Below are positions 29,444 through 39,327 of a stretch of DNA of 64,000 nt, one piece after another (the stretch's first letter is position 1; every line of letters starts with the position of its first letter). The position numbers and the translations under genes were made by a program. This DNA comes from an uncultured delta proteobacterium (lineage in GTDB: Bacteria > Desulfobacterota > Deferrimicrobia > Deferrimicrobiales > Deferrimicrobiaceae), in contig CAWEPX010000033.1 in NCBI GenBank assembly GCA_963811025.1, positions 216,414 through 280,413 on the forward strand, written 5' to 3'. The notes beneath the pieces were generated by a model that worked only from the letters and a program-made list of their open reading frames with translations, searched no databases and was not told the DNA's origin.

Positions 29444-31193
29444 ATGCAGGCGGTGATGGTCGGACTGGGATCGTGCGGCATTGCCACGGGGGGGCTGGCC
29501 GTACAGCGGCGGTTCCAGGAGTTGCTGGGACCCGAAGACGAGGGGGTGACGCTCAAGGAGACCGGGTGCATCGGGCTGTGTCATCGCGAGGTGCTGGTCG
29601 AGATCGTCGAAGATGGCAGGCGGAGGACTCTCTACGGCGAGGTGACACCCGACCGGGTGGACCGCATCGTCGCGGACCATCTGCGCGGGGGGAGGGCGAT
29701 CACGGAATGGGTCGTGGACCGGGAAGCTATGCTCGCCGGGCAGAAGCGGATCGTGCTGCGCAACTGCGGCGAAATCGACCCATCCAGCATCGAGGAGTAT
29801 CGCGCCCGGGGAGGCTACCTGGCTCTTCGTCGGGCCGTCACCGAGATGACTCCCGGGGAAGTCATCGCAATGGTCGCCGATTCCGGCCTGCGCGGAAGAG
29901 GCGGGGCCGGTTTTCCCGCCGGGACCAAGTGGAGACTTGCCCGGGCTGCGCAGGCGACGCGCAAGATCGTCATCTGCAACGCCGATGAAGGGGATCCTGG
30001 CGCCTTCATGGATCGCAGCGTGCTCGAGGGAGATCCGCACTCCGTGCTGGAAGGGATGGCGATCGCGGGTTATGCCATCGGCGCCAAGGAGGGCATCGTC
30101 TACGTCCGGGCGGAGTACCCCCTCGCGATCCGCCGGCTGCTCGAGGCCATAGCCGGCGCCCGGGAAAGGGGACTCCTGGGCCCCAACCTGTTCGACAGCG
30201 GTTTTTCCTTTTCCATCCGCCTGAAGGAAGGGGCCGGTGCGTTCGTATGCGGGGAGGAGACCGCGCTGATCGCTTCCATCGAGGGCAGACGGGGAATGCC
30301 GCGCGTGCGCCCGCCGTTTCCCACGGAAGCCGGCCTGTGGGGGCATCCCACCTGCATCAACAACGTGGAGACGCTTGCCAACGTGCCCTGGATCCTTTCC
30401 CACGGGGCCCGGGCCTTCCGATCCTGCGGGACCGCCGACTCCAAGGGGACCAAGGTGTTCGCCCTGGCGGGAAAAGTGAAACGGGGAGGCCTCGTGGAGG
30501 TTCCCATGGGCACCACCATCGACGAGATCGTCTACGGGATCGGCGGCGGCACCGTCTCGGGGGGTCCGTACAAGGCGGTCCAGATGGGGGGTCCGTCGGG
30601 CGGATGCATCCCCGCCTCCCTGGGGAGCACGCCCGTCGACTACGAACAGATCACCGCCACCGGCGCGATCATGGGCTCGGGCGGAATGGTGGTCATGGAC
30701 GATTCCACCTGCATGGTGGACGTCGCCCGGTTTTTCCTGCACTTCACCCAGAACGAATCGTGCGGGAAGTGCACCTTCTGCCGGATCGGCACGAAGCGGA
30801 TGCTCGAGATCCTGGAGAGGATCTGCGCGGGGGGCGGGAATCCGGAAGACGTGCACACGCTCGCGGAGATGGGCGAGCAGATCCGGACGAGTTCCCTGTG
30901 CGGACTCGGCCAGAGCGCTCCCAACCCGGTGCTGACGACCCTGCGGTATTTCCAGGACGAGTATGAAGGGCACATACGCGACGGGAAATGCGCGGCAAGG
31001 GTCTGCCTGGCCCTGGTGGAATTTTCGATCGATCCGGACAAGTGCACGGGCTGCGGTCTGTGCGTCAAGGCCTGCGACGCCGGGGCGATCAGCGGCGCAG
31101 AGCAAGGAGGTCCACCGGATCGACGGGAGCCGCTGCGTACGATGCGGGAACTGCCTTACGGTCTGCCGTTCCGAAGCGGTCCGGAAAGGATAG
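29444..31193 (+). CDS. NuoF/HydB/StnB-like NADH/FMN subunit with C-terminal 2[4Fe-4S], frameshift near 31100
   Basis: GRGGAGFP, CNADEGDPGAFMDR, FVCGEET, ESCGKCTFC, CTGCGLC; second CVRCGNCLTVC in frame ending 31193; RBS AGGAGG. Confidence 0.88.
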
Positions 31194-31198
31194 CGAAA

Positions 31199-34100
31199 AT
31201 GCAACGGAAAACGGACGAGGACCGGTCGTACCTGCCGGTGGAACTCACGATCAACGGGCGGGCGGTCGTGGCGCGCCCCGGACAGACCATCCTCGAACTG
31301 GTCCGGGAGCAGCATCTGGACACGATCCCGACACTTTGCCACGAGCCCGGACTTCCGCCGTTCGGCTCCTGCTTCCTTTGCGTGATCGAGGTCAAGGATG
31401 CGCGCGGGCTCCTGCCTTCCTGCACGACCCTGGTCCGGGACGGGATGGAGGTCATAACCCGCAGCGACCGGATCACGCGCGCCCGGAAGACCGCGCTCGC
31501 GCTGCTCCTTTCCGATCACTATGCCGACTGTGCGTGTCCCGGACAGCTGGCCTGTCCGGCCGGCGTCGACGTCCAGGGATATCTGGGCCTGGCGAGGCTC
31601 GGCCACTACCGGGAGGCCCTGCGCCTGATCCGGGAGCGAAACCCCCTGCCCGTCGTCTGCGGAAGGGTGTGCGTGCGAAAGTGCGAGGCGGCGTGCCGCC
31701 GCAGCCTGGTGGACGAGTCCGTCGGGATCAACCACGTGAAGCGTTTCGTGTCCGGTCACGCGAGTGTACACCCGGAACGGCTGCCCCCCACGGGGAAGCG
31801 TGCCGCGGTCGTGGGGGGCGGTCCGGCGGGCCTGACCTGCGCGTACTACCTGTCCCTGCGGGGTCATTCGGTCACGATCTACGAGGCGATGCCTCGTCTG
31901 GGGGGGATGCTCCGGTACGGGATTCCCGCGTTCCGTCTTCCCCGGGAGGAGCTGGACGCGGACATCGACGTCATCCTTTCGCTCGGCGTAAAAATCGTCT
32001 GCAACCACAAGCTCGGCAGGGAGTTCACGCTGCTGGGGCTGCGGGAGGAGGGATTCCACGCGATCTTCCTGGCTCCGGGCGCGCCCCTTGGCAAGAAACT
32101 GGGCATACCGGGCGAGGAAGCCTTGGGGGTGGAATCGGCCCTGGATTTCCTGAGGGACACCGAACTGTACAGGCCCCGGGATCTGTACGGAAGAGTTGTG
32201 GTGGTGGGGGGAGGCAACTCCGCCGTGGACGCCGCACGGACCGCCATCCGCTGCGGCGCGGAAGAGGTCATACTCCTGTATCGCCGGTCCCGCAAGGAGA
32301 TGCCGGCCTTCCACGAGGAAGTGGAAGCTGCGGAGCAGGAAGGAGTGCGTCTCACGACGCTCGTCGCGCCGGTGGAGGTGATCCGGGAGGGGGTGACCGG
32401 CAGGTTGATGGGCATCCGGTGCGTCCGCATGGAGCTCGGCGAGCCCGATCAAAGCGGGCGGCGCAGGCCCCTGCCCGTCGAGGGATCCGAGTTCGATGTC
32501 CCGTGCTCCTTCGTCTTCCCCGCGCTCGGCCAGGATACCGATCCGGATCTCTTCTCCCGGGAACCGGAAGGCGGCCGTCCCGCCGTCGCCCCCCCGGGCA
32601 CCATCGAAACGGACGCGGCAACGATGGCGTGCCGCCTTCCCGGCGTGTTCGCCGGCGGCGACGCGGTAAGCGGCCCGGCCGCGGTGATCGACGCCGTTGC
32701 CCAGGGGCGGCTGGCCGCCGAGGCGATCGACGGGTACCTGCGGACCGGGGAGGTGAACCGGTCCGACCCCGCTTTCGTCTGCCGGCGCGACGATTTCGGC
32801 CCCGTCCCGGATACGCTGTACGAGGATGTGAAGCGGGTTCCGCGCCGAGCGATGCCGCAGCGCCCGGCCGGGGAACGGAGGACCGACTTCCGGGAGGTGG
32901 AGCAGGGCTATTCCGAGGAGGCAATGAGGGAGGAGGCCGTCCGGTGCATGGAGTGCGGCTGCAAGGCCCTGCACACGTGCGACCTCCGCAGGTATGCGGT
33001 CGAATACGGCGTGGATGTCGGGGGCGTGGCCGGCCAGGTCCGGCGTCACAAGGTGGACGACAGCCATCCGCTGATCGCCTACGACGCCAACAAGTGCATC
33101 CTCTGCGGCCGGTGCGTCCGCGTCTGCGAGGATGTCCTCGACCAGCCGGTACTCGGATTCGTGGGAAGGGGATTCGACACGACGGTAAAGCCTGCCATGG
33201 GGCGGCCTCTCGCCGAGAGCGCGTGCATCGCCTGCGGCGCGTGCGTCGAGTCGTGTCCCACGGGGGCTCTCACGGCCAAGCTTCCCTACGGGCGGCAGGG
33301 GCCGTGGCGGACGACCCGAATTCCTTCGGCGTGCGGCTTCTGCTCCCTGGCGTGTCCGCTGGACCTGCACGTGGTGACGGACGGCCTGCTGTGGGCGGCT
33401 TCCCCCGTGGATGCCCTCGGAAGGAAGGGGGACCTGTGCGCCAAGGGCAGGTTCGGAATCGGCCTGCTCCATTCCGGAGACCGGATCCGCGCTCCCCTGG
33501 TCCGGAAAAACGGCGGGCTGGAGCAGACCCGTTGGGAGGAGGCGCTGCGGGAAGCGGGGCGACTCCTCTCGGACTGCCGCCGCCGGTACGGCGCCGGATC
33601 GATCGCCGTCCTGGCCGCCGACCGGATGACATGGGAAGAGAGCTACCTCGTCGGGCGATTCGCCCGGGAGGGCCTGGGCACCGATCACGTCGGCAGCTTC
33701 GGCACGTTACGCCGCGGCGGCATCCGGCGAGACCTGGACGATTTTCTCGGCCGGACCGCTTCCACTTGCCTTGTCGAAGACCTGGACGACGCGGACGTGA
33801 TCGTCGTGGTCGGGGCCGATCCCGGCACGTCCCATCCGGTGCTCGGCATGAGGCTGCGGCGGGTGGCCCGGAAGGGCGCCGCCATCGTGGTGGTGCATTC
33901 GAGCGAGATCGACCTGGTCCGCCCGTCGACCCTTTGGCTTAATCCCCGAAGGGGAACGTCGGGAATCCTGCTGGCGGACGTCCTGCGGCGGATCCTTGCG
34001 AGCGACGGGGTCGACGAGCGGTGGACGGGCGCCGGTGGCGACGAACGGGAGGCGCTCCGGGATCTGCTGGAAGGCGCCGCCCCTGGCGGAGCGCAAGAAG

Positions 34101-34864
34101 CGTGCGGTGTCGACTCCGGGAAGTCGAGGGCGCTTGCGCAAGCCGTAACCGGCGGGAAAAAGGTGGTCGTCGTATACGACCTGGAGGAAACGGCCGAACG
34201 ATCGGAGGGCGATCTGGCTCTCCTGGCCCGTATCCAGGCGGCGACCGGGCACCTGGTTCCGCCCGCAGGCGGTCTCCTGCTCCTCGGGAGCGGCTGCGAC
34301 ACGGAAGCGGCCAGGCCGGCGACCCTGGGGGAGACGAACCTTCTGGATGCCTTGTCTGCGAAGCGGATCCGGGGAGCCGTGGTCCTGCTCGAGGACCCGC
34401 TTTCCGACCCGGAAGGAGAGGCCCTCCTGGGCGGCCTGGAGACGCTTATCGTTGCGGACCATTCCTGGACGCGCACCGCGAAGGCCGCGCAGGTCGTGCT
34501 CCCGGCATCGACCCTCGCCGAAACGGAAGGGACCGTAGTGCGCTTCGACGGGACGCTTCGCCCGGTGGAGAAGGCGTGCGCGCCCCCCGGCGGCCGCACG
34601 ACAGCCGGGATGATCCGCGATCTCGCGGAGGAGTTCGGGTGCAAGATCCCGCCGGCCCGCCCCGACGCGATCCGCGCGGACCTTTTCCGACCGCGGGGGA
34701 GTTCACCCGACGACGCGGGAAGGAACCTCGTCCCGCGAACGCTCGACATCCGGAAGATCCGCCTGTCCGGAAAAGCCATGTTGCCGGGCAGGCGTTCCTA
34801 TGCCACGATGAACGAGGCGGTGCGCGGCAGGCTGGCGGGCCGGGAAATACGGGGGGCGTTCTAG
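31199..34864 (+). CDS. StnC-like large subunit: [2Fe-2S] + GltD/NfnB-like FAD/NADPH domain + ferredoxins + Fdh/NuoG-like domain without Mo ligand
   Basis: IPTLCH..GSCFLC, CGRVC..CEAACRR, GGGPAG, GGGNSAVD, YRR, CILCGRC, CIACGAC, CGFCSLAC..LCAKG; no Cys/Sec at TDHVGSFG. Confidence 0.8.
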   Translation: MQRKTDEDRSYLPVELTINGRAVVARPGQTILELVREQHLDTIPTLCHEPGLPPFGSCFLCVIEVKDARGLLPSCTTLVRDGMEVITRSDRITRARKTALALLLSDHYADCACPGQLACPAGVDVQGYLGLARLGHYREALRLIRERNPLPVVCGRVCVRKCEAACRRSLVDESVGINHVKRFVSGHASVHPERLPPTGKRAAVVGGGPAGLTCAYYLSLRGHSVTIYEAMPRLGGMLRYGIPAFRLPREELDADIDVILSLGVKIVCNHKLGREFTLLGLREEGFHAIFLAPGAPLGKKLGIPGEEALGVESALDFLRDTELYRPRDLYGRVVVVGGGNSAVDAARTAIRCGAEEVILLYRRSRKEMPAFHEEVEAAEQEGVRLTTLVAPVEVIREGVTGRLMGIRCVRMELGEPDQSGRRRPLPVEGSEFDVPCSFVFPALGQDTDPDLFSREPEGGRPAVAPPGTIETDAATMACRLPGVFAGGDAVSGPAAVIDAVAQGRLAAEAIDGYLRTGEVNRSDPAFVCRRDDFGPVPDTLYEDVKRVPRRAMPQRPAGERRTDFREVEQGYSEEAMREEAVRCMECGCKALHTCDLRRYAVEYGVDVGGVAGQVRRHKVDDSHPLIAYDANKCILCGRCVRVCEDVLDQPVLGFVGRGFDTTVKPAMGRPLAESACIACGACVESCPTGALTAKLPYGRQGPWRTTRIPSACGFCSLACPLDLHVVTDGLLWAASPVDALGRKGDLCAKGRFGIGLLHSGDRIRAPLVRKNGGLEQTRWEEALREAGRLLSDCRRRYGAGSIAVLAADRMTWEESYLVGRFAREGLGTDHVGSFGTLRRGGIRRDLDDFLGRTASTCLVEDLDDADVIVVVGADPGTSHPVLGMRLRRVARKGAAIVVVHSSEIDLVRPSTLWLNPRRGTSGILLADVLRRILASDGVDERWTGAGGDEREALRDLLEGAAPGGAQEACGVDSGKSRALAQAVTGGKKVVVVYDLEETAERSEGDLALLARIQAATGHLVPPAGGLLLLGSGCDTEAARPATLGETNLLDALSAKRIRGAVVLLEDPLSDPEGEALLGGLETLIVADHSWTRTAKAAQVVLPASTLAETEGTVVRFDGTLRPVEKACAPPGGRTTAGMIRDLAEEFGCKIPPARPDAIRADLFRPRGSSPDDAGRNLVPRTLDIRKIRLSGKAMLPGRRSYATMNEAVRGRLAGREIRGAF

Positions 34865-34887
34865 CTCTAGGGAAAGGAGCTGTCCGG

Positions 34888-36354
34888 TTGCCGGATCGTT
34901 CCCTGCGGGAAGAAGAGCTTCTCGTTCGCGTCGGGTGGATCGTCAAGGTCCGGTGGCTGTTCCTGGCGGTCCTGGCCGTCACCATCGTGACCGGTCGCTA
35001 CGCTTTCGGGATCCGGTTCCCCGTCGGCAGGGTCCTCCTCGTATGGGCCGTCATCCTCCTGTACAACCTTGGCTTTGAGCTGTATTACCGGTTCCGGAAA
35101 AGCGAGTCGGCCCCGGATCTCACCGTCAGCCGGATCGAAACGTATCTGCAGATCGGAATGGATCTTCTGGCCCTGACGTTCCTCATCCATTTTACCGGGG
35201 GGGCCGAGAACCCGTTCATCTCCTTCTACCTGTTTCATGCGATCCTGGCCAGCATGCTTCTCCCGCGAGCGGAGGCATGGCTCCTGGGTCTTGTCTCCTA
35301 CTGCATGTTTCTCTCGGTCGTCGCCCTGGAATACCTCGAGATTGTCCCCCACTATCAGCTGGAAGGACTGTTCCTCCACTCCCGTCACGGGAACCTCCTG
35401 TTCCTTTCGGTGGTGAGCCTGGGCCTGTTGATCACGCTGGTCATCACCATCTACCTGTCCTGTACGATCGTGGGCAGCCTGAGGCTCCGCGAGAAGAATC
35501 TGGTACTGACGCGGAACATGCTGGAGAAGAAGTCGGGAGAGCTGACGGAGGCGAACGCGAAGCTGGTGGAACGGCAGAAACAGCTCGTCCAGGCCGAGAA
35601 GCTTGCCTCGATGGGGCAACTGGTGTCTGGCATCGCGCACGAGATCAACAATCCCGTCCAGTTCATCCAGGGGAACATGCAGATTCTCCGGGAGGCGATC
35701 CGGGACATCCTGCCCGTCCTGGACGCGGAGGCGAAGGAGGACCGCGGCATGAAGATCGCACGGCTCCCGTACCCGTTCTTCCGGGAGCAGGTCCAGGTCC
35801 TTCTCAAGGACATGGCGGACGGCGCGGGGCGCATCGGTAACATCGTCCGGGACCTGAAGACGTTCGCCCGGCGGGACGAGGGCCGTCTCGACGAGAAGGT
35901 GGATGTGAACCGGGTGGTCGAAGCCGCGACCCGGCTGGTGCACAACAAGATCAAGCGCTTCCGGCTGGAGCAAAGCCTGGCGGAGGGGCTGCCCGCGCTC
36001 AAGGGGAGCCTGGTCCAGCTGGAGCAGGTGGTGGTCAATACGCTCATCAACGCGGCCGAGTCGTTGGAAGATCGTCCCGACGCCTGCATCCGGATCGCCA
36101 CCCGGCTGGAGAACGCCGGCCGGCAGGTGCGATTGTCCATCGCCGACAACGGCCCGGGGATGACCGACGAAGTCAAGGACCGGCTGTTCGATCCGTTCTT
36201 CACGACCAAGCAGCGCATCGGCGGCACCGGGCTTGGCATGTCGATCACCTACGGAATCATCGAGGAGCACGGAGGGTCGATCGAAGTCGACACCCGACTC
36301 GGAGGGGGGACAACGTTCCATTACCTCCTGCCGGTGGCCCGGAGCGCGTCGTGA
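34888..36354 (+). CDS. Integral-membrane sensor histidine kinase (RegB/PilS-like N-terminus, NtrB-like core)
   Basis: About 6 TM, TGGAENPF, AHEINNP, DNGPG, FFTTK..GTGLG; TTG start after AAGGAG. Confidence 0.88.
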   Translation: MPDRSLREEELLVRVGWIVKVRWLFLAVLAVTIVTGRYAFGIRFPVGRVLLVWAVILLYNLGFELYYRFRKSESAPDLTVSRIETYLQIGMDLLALTFLIHFTGGAENPFISFYLFHAILASMLLPRAEAWLLGLVSYCMFLSVVALEYLEIVPHYQLEGLFLHSRHGNLLFLSVVSLGLLITLVITIYLSCTIVGSLRLREKNLVLTRNMLEKKSGELTEANAKLVERQKQLVQAEKLASMGQLVSGIAHEINNPVQFIQGNMQILREAIRDILPVLDAEAKEDRGMKIARLPYPFFREQVQVLLKDMADGAGRIGNIVRDLKTFARRDEGRLDEKVDVNRVVEAATRLVHNKIKRFRLEQSLAEGLPALKGSLVQLEQVVVNTLINAAESLEDRPDACIRIATRLENAGRQVRLSIADNGPGMTDEVKDRLFDPFFTTKQRIGGTGLGMSITYGIIEEHGGSIEVDTRLGGGTTFHYLLPVARSAS

Positions 36355-37793
36355 ACCGCATCCTGATCATCGACGACGACAAGGCCGTGCTGAACTATTT
36401 CCTGGTGCTGCTCCTCCAGGCGGAGCGCTTCGAGGTCGAGGCGCTCGCCGACAGCACGAAAGCGTTCGACACGATCGATTCGGGGAAATTCGATCTTTTG
36501 CTCCTGGACATGGACATGCCCGGAGTGTCGGGAAAAGAGGTGCTGCAGTACGTGCGACGGGACCATCCCGAGATGGAAGTGGTGATCATCACCGGGGTGG
36601 AAGACGTGGAGCTTGCCGTCGAGTCGATGAAGATGGGGGCCTACGACTATCTCTGCAAGCCGGTGGACGACAGACGTCTGCTTACCACGCTGGACCGCGC
36701 GCTGGAACGGTCTCGCCTGCGGGGGGAGATCGACAAGCTGCGTGACCGGATCAGCCTGGAGGGACTCCGGCACAAGGAGGAGTTCCGTGGGATCCTGACG
36801 CAGGACGGGAAGTTCCTGCGAACGCTCCGGAAGGTCGAGCAGATCGCGGAGAGCGACAACAACGTGCTGATCTGGGGGGAAAGCGGCACCGGGAAGGAGC
36901 TGGTGGCGAGGGCCATCCACCGGATCAGCAAGCGCCGTGACAAGTCGTTCGTCGCCGTGAACGCCGGGACGTTCGCCTCCGAACTGTTCGCCTCGGAATT
37001 CTTCGGCCACGACCGGGGATCGTTCACCGGAGCGGCCAGGGACAAGGCAGGGTTGTTCGAAGAGGCGGACGGCGGAATCCTGTTTCTCGATGAGATCGGT
37101 GCGCTCGAGCTGCCGGTCCAGTCGAAACTCCTGAGGGTCCTGCAGAGCGGCGAATACTTCCGGCTGGGCTCCACCCGGGAACGGGGGTCGGACGTCCGGG
37201 TCATCGCCGCGACGAACAAGAACCTGGAAGCGGAAATCGAGCACGGCCGATTCCGCAGGGACCTGTATTATCGCCTCAACATCAGCTCGATCTACCTGTC
37301 GCCGCTGCGGGAGCGGAAGGGGGACGCGGAGCTGCTCGCCCACCATTTCCTCGAGAAGCACAGCAAGCTGAACGACAAGTCGATCGCCGGGATATCCGAC
37401 GACGTGTTGAGCCTGCTGGAGGCGTACGACTATCCGGGCAATGTCCGGGAGCTGGAAAACATCATCGCCAGCGCGGTGGTGCTGGAGAACGGCCGCACGC
37501 TGACCCGGCGCAGCCTTCCGCCGTATCTTGTCAAGGCGGTCACCCGTGCGGGGCTGTCCGTTCCCCGGGAGGTTCGGAAGACCCTGGCAGAGCTCGAGGC
37601 GGAACACGTCCGGATTGTCCTGGAACACACGGGCGGGAACCGGACGGCGGCGGCGGCCATCCTGGGCATCTCGCGGGTCGGTCTTCTCGCGAAGATGAGG
37701 AAGTACGGCATCGACGTGGAACCGCCGGGAAGAGGGGGTGGCCGGCGGCCGGCCCGGGACGATCCCGCCGGGGACGAACCATCGCAAAGCTAG
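36351..37793 (+). CDS. sigma54-dependent NtrC-family response regulator
   Basis: REC, GESGTGKE, GSFTGA, LFLDEI, YPGNVRELEN, Fis-type HTH; GTGA overlap with kinase. Confidence 0.93.
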   Translation: MNRILIIDDDKAVLNYFLVLLLQAERFEVEALADSTKAFDTIDSGKFDLLLLDMDMPGVSGKEVLQYVRRDHPEMEVVIITGVEDVELAVESMKMGAYDYLCKPVDDRRLLTTLDRALERSRLRGEIDKLRDRISLEGLRHKEEFRGILTQDGKFLRTLRKVEQIAESDNNVLIWGESGTGKELVARAIHRISKRRDKSFVAVNAGTFASELFASEFFGHDRGSFTGAARDKAGLFEEADGGILFLDEIGALELPVQSKLLRVLQSGEYFRLGSTRERGSDVRVIAATNKNLEAEIEHGRFRRDLYYRLNISSIYLSPLRERKGDAELLAHHFLEKHSKLNDKSIAGISDDVLSLLEAYDYPGNVRELENIIASAVVLENGRTLTRRSLPPYLVKAVTRAGLSVPREVRKTLAELEAEHVRIVLEHTGGNRTAAAAILGISRVGLLAKMRKYGIDVEPPGRGGGRRPARDDPAGDEPSQS

Positions 37794-37971
37794 AACAGGA
37801 ACCGGCCCATCGACTCAGCCGTTCCAGCGGTACCCGACCTCAGGGATGGAGATATCGCTGTCGCGGTTATGATCGGTCATGAACCGGAAAAGCATCCCCT
37901 TTCAAATAAATGAGAGTTGAGGGGGATCTCCCTTGCTGTGGAGGCGGGACGTCCCCGATGGAGCAGGTAGA

Positions 37972-38123
37972 GTTGCATGCTCGCAACCATTGATTGAATA
38001 GATAGTCGCGATGATGCGACTGTCTTGGTCTGAGGCGAACTCCCTGTCGTAAAGTAACATATTGGTTCTATTCATTGTATAGATCCGCCATCCCTCGTTT
38101 CCCAACATGGCACGTCTGATGCA
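37972..38123 (+). promoter_or_regulatory. sigma54 promoter of TTT operon with two dyad upstream sites
   Basis: TGGCACGTCTGATGCA 38108-38123; GTTGC-N6-GCAAC 37972-37987 and GTCGC-N6-GCGAC 38005-38020. Confidence 0.65.
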
Positions 38124-38247
38124 CAAATATATGATGCCGACTAGGGGAGTGGTCCTTCACAGATTGTCCTTGCAGTCCCGAGAGGGGAACCCGGGACCTG
38201 AACCGTCAACACGTTTCGACCCTTTTTCAGCGGAAGGGAGGGGAACC

Positions 38248-39246
38248 ATGAGTTTTCTACACGGGAGAAAGTCCTTGGTGTGGATGTTTGTCATCGTCCT
38301 CTGTCTCGTTCCCATGATGCTTGGGTCCGCCGGGGCATGGGAACCGACCAAACCGATCACGGTGGTAATCCCCTATTCCCGCGGGGGAGCGGACATCATC
38401 GGCCGGTTCATCCAGAGCGTCGTGGGAAAATACGGGTTCTGCAAGCAACCCCTTGTCGTCGTCAACAAGGCAGGCGGGTCCGGAACGGTAGGGATGAAAT
38501 ATCTCCTGGATCAGAGGGGAGACCCTCACTTCTTCATGGTCAGCCTGTCAAGCATCGTGACGACTCCTCTTCACACCAACGTCGGTTTTACCTGGAGAGA
38601 CCTGACCCCGTTTTGCCGGTTGGCCCTGGACAGGCATGCCCTCTGCATATCCACGAAAAAATACCCCGACATGTATACGCTCGATCAATTCGTCAAACTT
38701 GCCAAGGAAGCGGAGAAACGAGGTGACCTGCTGCAGTGCGGCGGGACCGGAGTCAAGCAGGAAGACCAGATCGTCATGATCATGCTGGAGAAAGCTACCG
38801 GGATCCACCTGAAATACATACCCATCAAGAGCGGGGGGGAGGTGGCCAAAAACCTGGTCGGGGGGCACATCGACCTTTCGGTGAACAACCCCTCCGAGTT
38901 CCTGGGCTACACCTTGTCCGGGGACATGAGGCAGATCGTCGCCTTTGACAAAAAAAGGGTCATCGGCTACATCAACGTTCCGACCATGCCGGAACTGGGA
39001 TACCCGGATGCCACCTACCAGATGTTGCGAGGGCTCTTCATGCCACCGGATATCAAACCCGAGCAGGTCGAATACATGACCGGCCTGATCAAAAAGGTGA
39101 TCGCAACCTGCGAATGGCAGACCTTCCTGAACAGGGTCATGCTCGACGGCTCCGAGCCTATCTTCGGAGAGGAATTCCGGAAGTGGATGGAAGAGTATGA
39201 CGCCCTGCACGTGAAGTACATGAAGGAGGGAGGCCTTATTCCATAG
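38248..39246 (+). CDS. tctC: Tripartite tricarboxylate transporter substrate-binding protein
   Basis: Signal peptide, WEPTKPITVVIP..GGAD, VNKAGGSG, GGHID. Confidence 0.85.
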   Translation: MSFLHGRKSLVWMFVIVLCLVPMMLGSAGAWEPTKPITVVIPYSRGGADIIGRFIQSVVGKYGFCKQPLVVVNKAGGSGTVGMKYLLDQRGDPHFFMVSLSSIVTTPLHTNVGFTWRDLTPFCRLALDRHALCISTKKYPDMYTLDQFVKLAKEAEKRGDLLQCGGTGVKQEDQIVMIMLEKATGIHLKYIPIKSGGEVAKNLVGGHIDLSVNNPSEFLGYTLSGDMRQIVAFDKKRVIGYINVPTMPELGYPDATYQMLRGLFMPPDIKPEQVEYMTGLIKKVIATCEWQTFLNRVMLDGSEPIFGEEFRKWMEEYDALHVKYMKEGGLIP

Positions 39247-39327
39247 ATTATTGGGTTCCCCCGGCTCCCGATCACGGGAGCCGGGGGAACTGCCATGCAG
39301 GAATGCTTACACGCAAGGACGGTTCCC

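Noticed and set aside
29348-33688. Very long antisense and alternate-frame ORFs (also 1688-4369, 30988-33942, 11757-13427)
   Set aside because: Shadow ORFs expected in high-GC coding DNA; Arg/Pro/Gly-rich with no motifs.
29444-34864. 1806-aa NuoF-GltD-Fdh mega-fusion
   Set aside because: The second ferredoxin motif of the NuoF-like subunit lies in another frame ending at TAG 31193, with a new ATG at 31199; one indel near 31100 explains it.
31199-34864. Selenocysteine or Mo/W formate dehydrogenase or [FeFe]-hydrogenase
   Set aside because: No in-frame TGA, no Cys/His at the Fdh active-site position, and no H-cluster motifs.
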